Source: Eledone cirrhosa (taxonomy: Eukaryota). From it: a DNA stretch of 64,000 nucleotides. Shown here piece after piece: positions 39,328-52,322 of this stretch (positions are counted from its first letter, which is position 1; each line of letters begins with the position of its first letter). The position numbers and the translations under genes were made by a program. The notes beneath the pieces are model-generated. The model was given only the letters and a program-made list of their open reading frames with translations, did not search any database and had not been told where the DNA came from. The DNA is taken from positions 2,790,001-2,854,000 of the forward strand of contig OZ024746.1 in assembly GCA_964016885.1 (NCBI GenBank). The letters are read 5' to 3'.

Positions 39328-39401
39328 ACTCTGGTGATGATTCTTGCGCAACGCCGCATGATTTGAACATTCGCATAATGAAAACGGAACATGAATTAGA
39401 A
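39328..39401 (+). CDS. DNMBP: DNMBP internal exon (DSGDDSCATPHDLNIRIMKTEHELE)
   Basis: Pyrimidine-rich acceptor gttttag|AC matches the incoming phase 1. 74 nt, open frame. Donor GAA|GTATGT, phase 0. Confidence 0.72.
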
Positions 39402-40148
39402 GTATGTATTGATCGACAATTTTCTTTCTCTCAGTCTGGGGAAGTTTTCCTTTTCTATTTTAAAGTTCTAATTTAACACTTTAAAATGGCTTTTCTTGGC
39501 AAAGCCTGTGACTTCTACAGTAATATAGCAATACAAGCAGTAAAACTTTCGGTAAATTGATGATTCATTCATTCAATATTGTGATTCAAACCACATAGCT
39601 GGGGGTGGGGGTTATTGGGGAATTGTCTTAGATATTCCTAGGATGAGGTTGACTCTAAGGTATATATAGCCAAAAGTGAAATGGCATTAGGCTATCTCTT
39701 GCATAAATTTTGAGTTTAAATCCACTACAAATCATTTGTTGTGTACTTAAGCTGTAGATTTAATGACTTGCATCTTAGTTCACTTAGCTACTGGGTGAAT
39801 AGATACCCAATCTTCTGAGAATTTAAAATGCTGCTCCTTAGGATCTTAGCAAACATGTGACTACTGATTTAGCTTTATTTGAGCAAGATCTTTTACCACA
39901 GATTCTTGAATATGTTACTTCTATGTGTTATCGGGGATAAGATGTGCCAGAGTGTATTCCAGATTTACAGCATAAATTCCATTTAGGAATTTAGGTTTAT
40001 TGCAGTTGTCCTTCAGTTGATTTAAACTCAACTATGAAAGGTAAAGAAATGTAACAACTATACAATGTAGCCACTACTGCTAGCCATGTGCTGCACTTAA
40101 CCATAGTAATTATTCATAGTCAGGTGAATCAAGCCTTTGATTGTGATT

Positions 40149-43100
40149 AAAGGTTACCTTAATTAGTCCAATACAGTCTTACAAAAGGTTACCTTAATTA
40201 GTCCAATACAGTTTTACAAAAGGTTACCTTAATTAGTCCAATACAGTCTTACAAAAGGTTACCTTAATTAGTCCAATACAGTTTTACAAAAGGTTACCTT
40301 AATTAGTCCAATACAGTTTTACAAAAGGTTACCTTAATTAGTCCAATACAGTCTTACAAAAGGTTACCTTAATTAGTCCAATACAGTCTTACAAAAGGTT
40401 ACCTTAATTAGTCCAATACAGTCTTACAAAAGGTTACCTTAATTAGTCCAATACAGTCTTACAAAAGGTTACCTTAATTAGTCCAATACAGTCTTACAAA
40501 AGGTTACCTTAATTAGTCCAATACAGTCTTACAAAAGGTTACCTTAATTAGTCCAATACAGTCTTACAAAAGGTTACCTTAATTAGTCCAATACAGTCTT
40601 ACAAAAGGTTACCTTAATTAGTCCAATACAGTCTTACAAAAGGTTACCTTGATTAGTCCAATACAGTCTTACAAAAGGTTACCTTGATTAGTCCAATACA
40701 GTCTTACAAAAGGTTACCTTAATTAGTCCAATACAGTTTTACAAAAGGTTACCTTAATTAGTCCAATACAGTCTTACAAAAGGTTACCTTAATTAGTCCA
40801 ATACAGTCTTACAAAAGGTTACCTTAATTAGTCCAATACAGTCTTACAAAAGGTTACCTTAATTAGTCCAATACAGTCTTACAAAAGGTTACCTTAATTA
40901 GTCCAATACAGTCTTACAAAAGGTTACCTTAATTAGTCCAATACAGTCTTACAAAAGGTTACCTTGATTAGTCCAATACAGTCTTACAAAAGGTTACCTT
41001 GATTAGTCCAATACAGTCTTACAAAAGGTTACCTTAATTAGTCCAATACAGTCTTACAAAAGGTTACCTTGATTAGTCCAATACAGTCTTACAAAAGGTT
41101 ACCTTAATTAGTCCAATATAGTCTTACAAAAGGTTACCTTAATTAGTCCAATATAGTCTTACAAAAGGTTACCTTAATTAGTCCAATATAGTCTTACAAA
41201 AGGTTACCTTAATTAGTCCAATACAGTTTTACAAAAGGTTACCTTAATTAGTCCAATATAGTCTTACAAAAGGTTACCTTAATTAGTCCAATATAGTCTT
41301 ACAAAAGGTTACCTTAATTAGTCCAGTACAGTTTTACAAAAGGTTACCTTAATTAGTCCAATACAGTCTTACAAAAGGTTACCTTGATTAGTTCAATACA
41401 GTCTTACAAAAGGTTACCTTAATTAGTCCAATACAGTCTTACAAAAGGTTACCTTAATTAGTCCAATATAGTCTTACAAAAGGTTACCTTAATTAGTCCA
41501 ATACAGTCTTACAAAAGGTTACCTTAATTAGTCCAATACAGTCTTACAAAAGGTTACCTTAATTAGTCCAATACAGTTTTACAAAAGGTTACCTTAATTA
41601 GTCCAATACAGTCTTACAAAAGGTTACCTTGATTAGTTCAATACAGTCTTACAAAAGGTTACCTTAATTAGTCCAATATAGTCTTACAAAAGGTTACCTT
41701 AATTAGTCCAATACAGTCTTACAAAAGGTTACCTTGATTAGTTCAATACAGTCTTACAAAAGGTTACCTTAATTAGTCCAATATAGTCTTACAAAAGGTT
41801 ACCTTAATTAGTCCAATACAGTCTTACAAAAGATTACCTTAATTAGTCCAATACAGTCTTACAAAAGGTTACCTTAATTAGTCCAATACAGTTTTACAAA
41901 AGGTTACCTTAATTAGTTCAATACAGTTTTACAAAAGGTTACCTTAATTAGTCCAATACAGTCTTACAAAAGGTTACCTTAATTAGTCCAATACAGTTTT
42001 ACAAAAGGTTACCTTAATTAGTCCAATACAGTTTTACAAAAGGTTACCTTAATTAGTCCAATACAGTTTTACAAAAGGTTACCTTGATTAGTCCAATACA
42101 GTTTTACAAAAGGTTACCTTGATTAGTCGAATACAGTCTTACAAAAGGTTACCTTAATTAGTCCAATACAGTTTTACAAAAGGTTACCTTGATTAGTCCA
42201 ATACAGTCTTAGAAAAGGTTACCTTAATTAGTCCAATATAGTCTTACAAAAGGTTACCTTAATTAGTCCAATACAGTTTTACAAAAGGTTACCTTGATTA
42301 GTCCAATACAGTTTTACAAAAGGTTACCTTAATTAGTCCAATACAGTTTTACAAAAGGTTACCTTGATTAGTCCAATACAGTTTTACAAAAGGTTACCTT
42401 AATTAGTCCAATACAGTTTTACAAAAGGTTACCTTGATTAGTCCAATACAGTTTTACAAAAGGTTACCTTAATTAGTCCAATACAGTTTTACAAAAGGTT
42501 ACCTTAATTAGTCCAATATAGTCTTACAAAAGGTTACCTTGATTAGTCCAATACAGTCTTACAAAAGGTTACCTTAATTAGTCCAATACAGTCTTACAAA
42601 AGGTTACCTTGATTAGTCCAATACAGTTTTACAAAAGGTTACCTTGATTAGTCCAATACAGTTTTACAAAAGGTTACCTTAATTAGTCCAATACAGTTTT
42701 ACAAAAGGTTACCTTGATTAGTCCAATACAGTTTTACAAAAGGTTACCTTAATTAGTCCAATACAGTTTTACAAAAGGTTACCTTGATTAGTCCAATACA
42801 GTTTTACAAAAGGTTACCTTGATTAGTCGAATACAGTCTTACAAAAGGTTACCTTAATTAGTCCAATACAGTTTTACAAAAGGTTACCTTGATTAGTCCA
42901 ATACAGTCTTAGAAAAGGTTACCTTAATTAGTCCAATATAGTCTTACAAAAGGTTACCTTAATTAGTCCAATACAGTTTTACAAAAGGTTACCTTGATTA
43001 GTCCAATACAGTTTTACAAAAGGTTACCTTAATTAGTCCAATACAGTTTTACAAAAGGTTACCTTGATTAGTCCAATACAGTTTTACAAAAGGTTACCTT

Positions 43101-45675
43101 AATTAGTCCAATACAGTTTTACAAAAGGTTACCTTGATTAGTCCAATACAGTTTTACAAAAGGTTACCTTGATTAGTCCAATACAGTCTTACAAAAGGTT
43201 ACCTTAATTAGTCCAATACAGTTTTACAAAAGGTTACCTTGATTAGTCCAATACAGTCTTAGAAAAGGTTACCTTAATTAGTCCAATATAGTCTTACAAA
43301 AGGTTACCTTAATTAGTCCAATACAGTCTTACAAAAGGTTACCTTGATTAGTCCAATACAGTTTTACAAAAGGTTACCTTGATTAGTCCAATACAGTTTT
43401 ACAAAAGGTTACCTTGATTAGTCCAATACAGTTTTACAAAAGGTTACCTTAATTAGTCCAATACAGTTTTACAAAAGGTTACCTTGATTAGTCCAATATA
43501 GTCTTACAAAAGGTTACCTTAATTAGTCCAATACAGTTTTACAAAAGGTTACCTTAATTAGTTCAATACAGTCTTACAAAAGGTTACCTTGATTAGTCCA
43601 ATACAGTCTTAGAAAAGGTTACCTTAATTAGTCCAATACAGTTTTACAAAAGGTTACCTTGATTAGTCCAATACAGTTTTACAAAAGGTTACCTTAATTA
43701 GTCCAATACAGTTTTACAAAAGGTTACCTTAATTAGTCCAATATAGTCTTACAAAAGGTTACCTTAATTAGTCCAATACAGTTTTACAAAAGGTTACCTT
43801 GATTAGTCCAATACAGTCTTAGAAAAGGTTACCTTAATTAGTCCAATACAGTCTTACAAAAGGTTACCTTAATTAGTCCAATACAGTCTTACAAAAGGTT
43901 ACCTTAATTAGTCCAATACAGTTTTACAAAAGGTTACCTTAATTAGTCCAATACAGTTTTACAAAAGGTTACCTTAATTAGTCCAATACAGTTTTACAAA
44001 AGGTTACCTTAATTAGTCCAATACAGTTTTACAAAAGGTTACCTTAATTAGTCCAATACAGTCTTACAAAAGGTTACCTTAATTAGTCCAATACAGTCTT
44101 ACAAAAGGTTACCTTGATTAGTCCAATACAGTCTTAGAAAAGGTTACCTTAATTAGTCCAATACAGTCTTACAAAAGGTTACCTTAATTAGTCCAATACA
44201 GTCTTACAAAAGGTTACCTTAATTAGTCCAATACAGTTTTACAAAAGGTTACCTTAATTAGTCCAATACAGTCTTACAAAAGGTTACCTTGATTAGTCCA
44301 ATACAGTCTTAGAAAAGGTTACCTTAATTAGTCCAATACAGTCTTACAAAAGGTTACCTTGATTAGTCCAATACAGTCTTACAAAAGGTTACCTTGATTA
44401 GTCCAATACAGTCTTAGAAAAGGTTACCTTAATTAGTCCAATACAGTCTTACAAAAGGTTACCTTGATTAGTCCAATACAGTTTTACAAAAGGTTACCTT
44501 AATTAGTCCAATACAGTTTTACAAAAGGTTACCTTAATTAGTCCAATACAGTCTTACAAAAGGTTACCTTAATTAGTCCAATACAGTTTTACAAAAGGTT
44601 ACCTTGATTAGTCCAATACAGTCTTAGAAAAGGTTACCTTAATTAGTCCAATACAGTTTTACAAAAGGTTACCTTGATTAGTCCAATACAGTTTTACAAA
44701 AGGTTACCTTAATTAGTCCAATACAGTTTTACAAAAGGTTACCTTAATTAGTCCAATATAGTCTTACAAAAGGTTACCTTAATTAGTCCAATACAGTTTT
44801 ACAAAAGGTTACCTTGATTAGTCCAATACAGTCTTAGAAAAGGTTACCTTAATTAGTCCAATACAGTCTTACAAAAGGTTACCTTAATTAGTCCAATACA
44901 GTCTTACAAAAGGTTACCTTAATTAGTCCAATACAGTTTTACAAAAGGTTACCTTAATTAGTCCAATACAGTTTTACAAAAGGTTACCTTAATTAGTCCA
45001 ATACAGTTTTACAAAAGGTTACCTTAATTAGTCCAATACAGTTTTACAAAAGGTTACCTTAATTAGTCCAATACAGTCTTACAAAAGGTTACCTTAATTA
45101 GTCCAATACAGTCTTACAAAAGGTTACCTTGATTAGTCCAATACAGTCTTAGAAAAGGTTACCTTAATTAGTCCAATACAGTCTTACAAAAGGTTACCTT
45201 AATTAGTCCAATACAGTCTTACAAAAGGTTACCTTAATTAGTCCAATACAGTTTTACAAAAGGTTACCTTAATTAGTCCAATACAGTCTTACAAAAGGTT
45301 ACCTTGATTAGTCCAATACAGTCTTAGAAAAGGTTACCTTAATTAGTCCAATACAGTCTTACAAAAGGTTACCTTGATTAGTCCAATACAGTCTTACAAA
45401 AGGTTACCTTAATTAGTCAAATACAGTTTTACAAAAGGTTACCTTAATTAGTTCAATACAGTTTTACAAAAGGTTACCTTAATTAGTCCAATACAGTCTT
45501 ACAAAAGGTTATCTTAATTAGTCCAATACAGTTTTACAAAAGGTTACCTTAATTAGTCCAATACAGTTTTACAAAAGGTTACCTTAATTAGTCCAATACA
45601 GTCTTACAAAAGGTTACCTTAATTAGTCCAATACAGTCTTACAAAAGGTTACCTTGATTAGTCCAATATAGTTTG
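40149..45675. repeat. 35-bp minisatellite, about 158 copies
   Basis: Unit aggttacctt(a/g)attagtccaatacagt(c/t)ttacaaa. Confidence 0.98.
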
Positions 45676-46230
45676 AAATAATCTATATTAATTCCATAAC
45701 TTTATTCATTTAAACTCTTTAGAAATTATGTAAAGTAGTGAGTATAATGTGTGCATACATAGACACACACACATACATACACACACTCACTCACACATAC
45801 ACGCGATATTGTGTTAGATTTGAAGTAGACATGCCATCATATTGATTGAAATAAATCATCTGTGTGTGTATGTGTGTGTGTGTGTGTGTGCATGTGTGAG
45901 TGCACCTGTGTGTGATCTAATCGATATTCTAATAATATTGGAGAAAATGTTTGTCTAATTAATTTTCATGCTGAAGCGAAAACTATTTTTTTGTTTTGAA
46001 ATGACCTTTTATTAATGTTTCTCCATAGATTGCCAATGGCTATTGATAAAATTGTGTAGCCTAGCTTCTAAAAATATGGATTCTGCATCATGTACATGTC
46101 TTGTAAAGAAACCAAGCTATAAAACATATCCTATAAATCAGCAAGCTAAATTGTGCACAACTTTCTAATATTTCAGTCTGTTTCTCAGTATTACAGGAGA
46201 TAGAAGGCTCAGGGAAAATCTTTACAAGTA

Positions 46231-46266
<36 letters not shown>

Positions 46267-46754
46267 TTTTTTATTGTTTTTGTTTTTCTCAATATTTTTT
46301 ATTTGAAGCCTTAGTTTTCTGATATATTTTGTTGTCTATGCTCCAATAGATAACACTATCCAAAGAACTAAGATATTTTATTAACATATTCAGATCATCA
46401 TTTTCATTATTATTATTACTATTATTATTATCTACCCTTTCTCTATAAAGTTATGTTGGTATCACAACATCCAGTCCAAACTAATGAGCTTGTGTAGGTG
46501 TCACAACAAAAAAAAACACACAGTCCACGCTGTAATCTGATCGTGTAGGTAACACGGTAAATACACTGTAAATGCGGTTGGTGTTAGGAAGGACATCCAG
46601 CCGTAGAAAACCTGCCAGATAGTCCTATATGAGCGAGACACAGTCACCCGACCAATCTTGCCTCAAGTGGGACAATTCCCGTCTAACCCATGCTAGCATG
46701 GAAGATAGACGTTAAACGATGATGATGATTATTATTATTATAATTATCATTATC

Positions 46755-47005
46755 ATCATTCTTAACGCTTTTGCTCTGGCAGATGTTATACCGACGCTAT
46801 ACCAAAAGAATGAGCTATAGCCAATGGCCAAATGTCCTTTGGGTAATTCCTTCTCCAACTTTCCAACACCCTCATTAGAATCCTTGTTCATAATAAGGCT
46901 CTTTTCTGGTAATTCCAGGCTTCTCAAGCCATGCATCTAACCTTCTCTTAACTGCTGCCAGAGTACCAACCACAATTGGTACCACTTCTACATGTCTTAT
47001 TTGAT
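46755..47005 (-). mobile_element. 3' fragment of an R4/Dong-like retrotransposon
   Basis: Minus strand encodes HVEVVPIVVGTLAAV..., homologous to the endonuclease end at 28035-28271. Flanked by (ATT)n/(ATC)n tracts. Confidence 0.55.
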
Positions 47006-47914
47006 TCTCCATTGTTATTATAATTATTATTATAATAATACTGCTTTGTGGCATAGAGTTACATCCCTTTATGTTCTGAGTTCAAATCCTGCTGATATTA
47101 GCTTTGCCTTTCGTGGCTGATGAAATAAAGTACCAGTAATGCACTGGGGTCGATTTAATCATTGGTCAACTTGAAACTACAATAGATATTTGACCAAGGT
47201 GTTACACAGTGAGATCAGCCACAAATGGAGCTGACTTCAGTTTTGTCTAATCTACAAATATAATTTTAGAATAAAGTGACAAAATTAGTTGGATAATGCC
47301 TGATTCACCCTGAATATCGACATTTTCTTCTGCCTTTTCACAAACTCTGTCATTTTTCCTACTCTTTTCTCACCAAATTAAGAAAAGGAAGAAAGTAGAA
47401 CAACAATAAATTTCATTAGCTGTGAAAATATTACCCTGAAAAATAACTATTCAATTTTAATCAATTTCTATTCTCATAATCAATGATTGTCATTGTTAAG
47501 CTTGTGTTATTTTAAACATATCTTTTAATATAACTTTGGAATATGTCAATATCACTAAACTGGTTTGATTTTTGAAACGGAAAAACAACTAAAAGCTGGT
47601 TTAATTTCAATATGTTGTTATTCCATCGTTATATCTGATTGATTATTGCTGATCCTGTAAACAGTGTATGAAAATGTTAGTTAATTATCAAATTGTCTTT
47701 CCACCTATTTAGATTCCACATCTATAATTCTGAGAGATGCTTAAATATAGGCATTTTCAATCTGTTTCATGTTTCCATCACAACATAATATTACATTTGA
47801 ATTATAGGATTTAATGTATTACTGAAATCTAAGCTGATCTTTTCGCTACATGTCTATATAATTTTAATATATCCACATGATTTTCACTATATAGATGTAT
47901 AGTCATGTAATTGT

Positions 47915-48248
47915 TATGAAAGACTTTGCTTTGCAACCACATGGTTTCGGGTTCAGTCCCACTTTGTTGCTCCTTCGACAAGTGTGTTGTTCTATTATAG
48001 CTGTGGGGTAACCAATGCCCTGGGAGGGAAATTTGGTAAACAGAAGCTGTGCAGAAGCCCATCATGTATGTGTGCATGGGTGTCTGTATCAGTGTTTCCT
48101 TATGACCCCTAGCTTAGTTTAACAAAGAGATCAGTAATATAAGTGAAAAAAATATGCACTGGGGGTCCATATCATTGACTAAAAAAAAAATCACTTTAAG
48201 GCAGTGCCTCAGCATGGTCACAGTCCAATGACAGGAACTAATAAAAGA
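47915..48248 (+). mobile_element. tRNA-derived SINE family C (related fragments near 850-1050 on - strand and 59790-59900)
   Basis: ttgctttgcaaccacatggtttcgggttcagtcccact head, then ...tttggtaaacagaagctg...aaggcagtgcctcagcatggtcacagtccaatgac. Confidence 0.55.
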
Positions 48249-48251
48249 ATG

Positions 48252-48735
48252 TGTCCATGTGATATCCACTATATATATTCATGTGATAATCACTATATAT
48301 TCATGTGATAATCACTATATATTCATGTGATATTCGCTATATGTCCATGTGATATCCACTGTATGTCCATGTGATATCCAATGTATGTCCATATGATATC
48401 CAATGTAGGTCCATATGATATCCACTGTATGTCCATGTGATATTCGCTGTATGTCCATGCGATATCTACTGTATGTCCATGCGATATCTACTGTATGTCC
48501 ATGCGATATCCACTGTATGCCCATGTGATATTCGCTGTATGCCCATGTGATATTCGCTATATGTCCATGTGATATCTGCTATATGTCCATGTGATATCTG
48601 CTATATGTCTGTGATATCCACTATATGTCCATGAGATAGTCACTATATGTCCATGTGATATCCACTGTATGTCCATGTGATATCCACTGTATGTCCATGT
48701 GACATCCACTATATGTCTATGTGATATCCACTGTA
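48252..48735. repeat. 22-bp minisatellite, about 22 copies
   Basis: Unit atgtccatgtgatatccactgt with variants. Confidence 0.93.
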
Positions 48736-48989
48736 GGTTTATGTAAGTCAGTAAGTTGTTAAAGGTATTACATTCCATTCTTTATTTCTTATCTTATTTC
48801 TTGTTACTTAATAAACTCTGCAACTCTATTATCTTCTTTCCAGAAGAACTCAATAAAAAATTCTTCGTTTATTTACTGAAACTCAACCTTGACATGATAT
48901 TATTAACAAAAATATTTCATTGTAATTAGTTAGAACAAACTCTGAATTCCTTTATGAAAACAGACAACAAAAGGATAAAGAGTATATAA

Positions 48990-49215
48990 CCCTTTGATGA
49001 CCACATTTCTAATGATATACTCCCTATTTTGATTAATTAATGAAGAATTTTGAGGGATTTACTAAAATTATTTCATTGCTAAGAGAGTAACTTAATGTAA
49101 GATTCTTATATGAAATTATGTTGAAAGATTTTATTTTAAACTGGAAACCTTTAAAATGGGTGATTATATTTCATAAGAATCAGAGCTGGCTTTGGCTGGG
49201 TTGGTAACTAAAGGG
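48990..49215 (-). mobile_element. piggyBac-type MITE family 1 copy
   Basis: Reverse complement of the 3885 family. ATAA|CCCTTT...AAAGGG|TTAA. Confidence 0.75.
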
Positions 49216-49569
49216 TTAATATAAATATATGTGAGGCAGATTTCGTTGTCATATTATTTTTGTTAGGATTTGGTAATTTTTACCTCAACCAATCTGAGTT
49301 ACTACAATAACAATCCAATGTTTGATGATTAATATACATGTGCAGACATGGAAGTCTGGTTAAAACGTCAATTTGGTAATTATGTGGTTCCAGGTTTGGT
49401 CTCATTGTTTTGTACCTTGATTGAATGTCAGATAGTTAAGGGTGGACCAATGTTTTGAGTGAAATTCCTAATATGGTTGACTGTGCTGAAGCCTGACGCA
49501 CGCAATGATAAAAATAGATGAAATAAGTTCCAAACTAAATAATACTTCCGAAGGCAGTACCCCTTTTCT

Positions 49570-50210
49570 TCATCATCATCATCATCATCAGGTTTAGCGT
49601 CCGTGTTCCACGCTTGCATGGGTTTGGACGGGGGTTTTCCCACTTGAGGCAAGAGTGGTTGTCTTGCTCGCATAGGACTGTCTGGCGGGTTTTCTACAGT
49701 TGGATGCCCTTCCTAACACCAACCACATTTACAGTGTGGGGCTGGGAGGTTTTTACCGTGTTGCCTACACGGCCACATTACAGCGTGGACTGTCTGGCGG
49801 GTTTTCTACAGCTGGATGCCCTTCCTAACACCAACCACATTTACAGTGTGGGGCTGGGAGGTTTTTACCGTGTTGCCTACACGGCCACATTTACAGCGTG
49901 GACTGTGTGTTTTTTTGTCGTGACACCTACACGATCTCATTTGTTTCGGCCTGGATGTTGTGGGACCAACATAACTTTACATTGAAAGGGGCGGTGTGGA
50001 TGGGGTGGAGGTGGTGGGACGGGGGGGGGGGGGGGGGGGGGTTGATAGAGATGCCTACTGACTGTAGTAGGTTTTTACTTTGTATTTACTTCATGCATTT
50101 GTATTATGTATGGGTATATGATGGGGGTGTTTTGATAGAGATGCCTACTGACTGTAGTAGGTTTTTACTTTGTATTTACTTCATGCATTTGTATTATGTA
50201 TGGGTATATG
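49570..50210 (-). mobile_element. Second copy of the same RTE 3' UTR with internal duplications
   Basis: Near-identical to 24520-24894. Tandem duplication of the ~115-bp block starting ggactgtctggcggg and of an ~80-bp block at 50043-50210. Confidence 0.85.
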
Positions 50211-51932
50211 ATTACTTCGAGTCATAAATATAATGTTTGATTATAGTTCACAAATGACTATAGTGTTCATTAAAGCTTCAATGTTGTGCAGGAATCTTTT
50301 ACTTACCATTGTATTAGCATATATGTTCCCACCCTCACCTTCTGCCAATTTGTTTCTGCCCCTTACTCTAACATAAACTCCTTTTTTTCCTCCCCTCAAT
50401 ATTTTATTGCCTTTCATCATAATGATATCTCTGTGGTTATTTGCCATGCTAGCGTGGAAAATGGACGTTAAACGATGATGATGATGATGATGATGTATTG
50501 TGCCTACTTTCCTGTCAGCATTGTTCACATCTTCTTCATTACCCACTCTCTTTCGTCCCCTATTTTCTTGCTGATGCCCCACTAAATCAATCATCTTTAG
50601 TTCTAGTCTCCACTTCATCATTCTCACATGGTAAAATGTTATAAACAATCTTTTTAATAAATAAACTTCATCAATCTTCCTATTTCTATATTGATTGATT
50701 TTTGCCACGACAGACCATCACCAAGTTTCTCAGATTCGGGTTTTATCCTATTTTAATGTTATTTAATCAAGTAATATTTTAACAAAAATATATTTTATTG
50801 ACGAATATTTTTTTTCTTTTTTATACAGAACCAATGTTTAAAATGTTGGTCACTTGGTGAACTGGCTTGTAAAATATTGGTAGCCAAGCAAACCAGTGTT
50901 AACATTTTGTTGACTTCACCACTGCCTATGTGTGGTGGTGATAGATAGAATGTCTTTGTTTATCAGTCTGTTCAATGAAGGCTGAGTAGGGCTAAATAAT
51001 AACAACATGTCTCACAATAAAGAAACACCAATTGTTTGTGTTCTTCAATACCTATATTTGTTATATTTTAAGCAGCTACCTGTAGTTACCAGGTAACAAT
51101 CATAACAACAGTAATTGTATTAAAAATATATATTGCTGTGTTCAAGCAGATCAACTAAATACTTGAAGAATTGTTTAGGAAAAAGGATTTTGTTTTTAGT
51201 TTTGTTGTGTGTTTTGGTGGTGGGTGAGGAGGTGTATTTTATTTTAAAATAATCTACATAGATGTTCAATTCTTCATGCTTTTATTGCTGTTCTATTTAT
51301 ATCAACAGATCTTCTGATAGTTTGCTAAGGCTCCATTAGAAAGCAAATGGCTCTATTTTACAACTGGCATTAAAATGTTTCTTAATGCATTTTTTTTTTT
51401 TTGTATTGATGGAGAACATAAGCTTCCTTTGAGTATTTAACTCAGTATGCAGTGATCATTGGCTAGATATAAAGTTCATCACTTGAAGTAATGCCTCACT
51501 TGAAGTGGATGTGTGAAATACATTTAATGGGAGATCTGGCATGTATTAGTTAAAGGAATAAATGAAGTTTAGAAATGTATAGGAATTAATAACATCAACT
51601 ATAAGAAGGAAAGAAAGAATTACATTTGTAAGGATAGGAAATGAGAGCTGAGAAAACAAATGTAATAAACTGTAAAAATACATTAATGTATTATAAAGAA
51701 TATCAAAATTTTGAATCACAGTTTCATTCTGCTATCTCAAAATAGGTTCCACTCTTGTATTAGAGATTTGATTAATGTTAAAAAAAGTCAGTCAACCATA
51801 AAGGGTCGATGTAAAAGTGGATTCTTTTCTTCAAGAAAAAGCTGTAAAATTTTCACCTACAAATTTGGAAATTTGCTCATATTTTAAAAGACTGCAGCAC
51901 TTTTATAGACAAGTTATGACTTAATGAGGAAA

Positions 51933-52134
51933 GGTGGCGTCGGCAGTGGCGGCGGCGGTGGCGGCAGTGGCGGCGGCAGTGGCGGCGGCAGTGGCGGCGG
52001 CAGTGGCGGCAGTGGCGGCAGTGGCGGCGGCGGCAGTGGCGGCGGCGGTGGCGGCGGCAGTGGCGGCGGCAGTGGCGGCGGCAGTGGCGGCGGCAGTGGC
52101 GGCGGCGGTGGCGTCGGCAGTGGCGGCGGCGGCA

Positions 52135-52166
<32 letters not shown>

Positions 52167-52220
52167 GGCGGCGGCAGTGGCGGCGGCGGCAGTGGCGGCA
52201 GTGGCGGCGGCAGTGGCGGC
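51933..52220. repeat. GC-rich (GGC)n/GGCAGT triplet repeat
   Basis: Direct inspection. Confidence 0.95.
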
Positions 52221-52322
52221 TGCTTGCAATGTACCTTCCAAATTTGGTGGTGATTCATTTTTTTTTTTTTTTTTTTGGCATAATCAGTTTCTTTTAGGTT
52301 AAAGAGTTGACATTTGTAGTTG

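Noticed and set aside
40149-45675. CRISPR-like array (35-bp partly palindromic repeats)
   Set aside because: Units are directly adjacent with no unique spacers, there are no cas genes, and the context is a eukaryotic intron.
50829-50948. Possible extra DNMBP exon after a strong polypyrimidine acceptor
   Set aside because: No convincing donor before the stop codon, the peptide is unrecognisable, and the flanking exons already join in phase.
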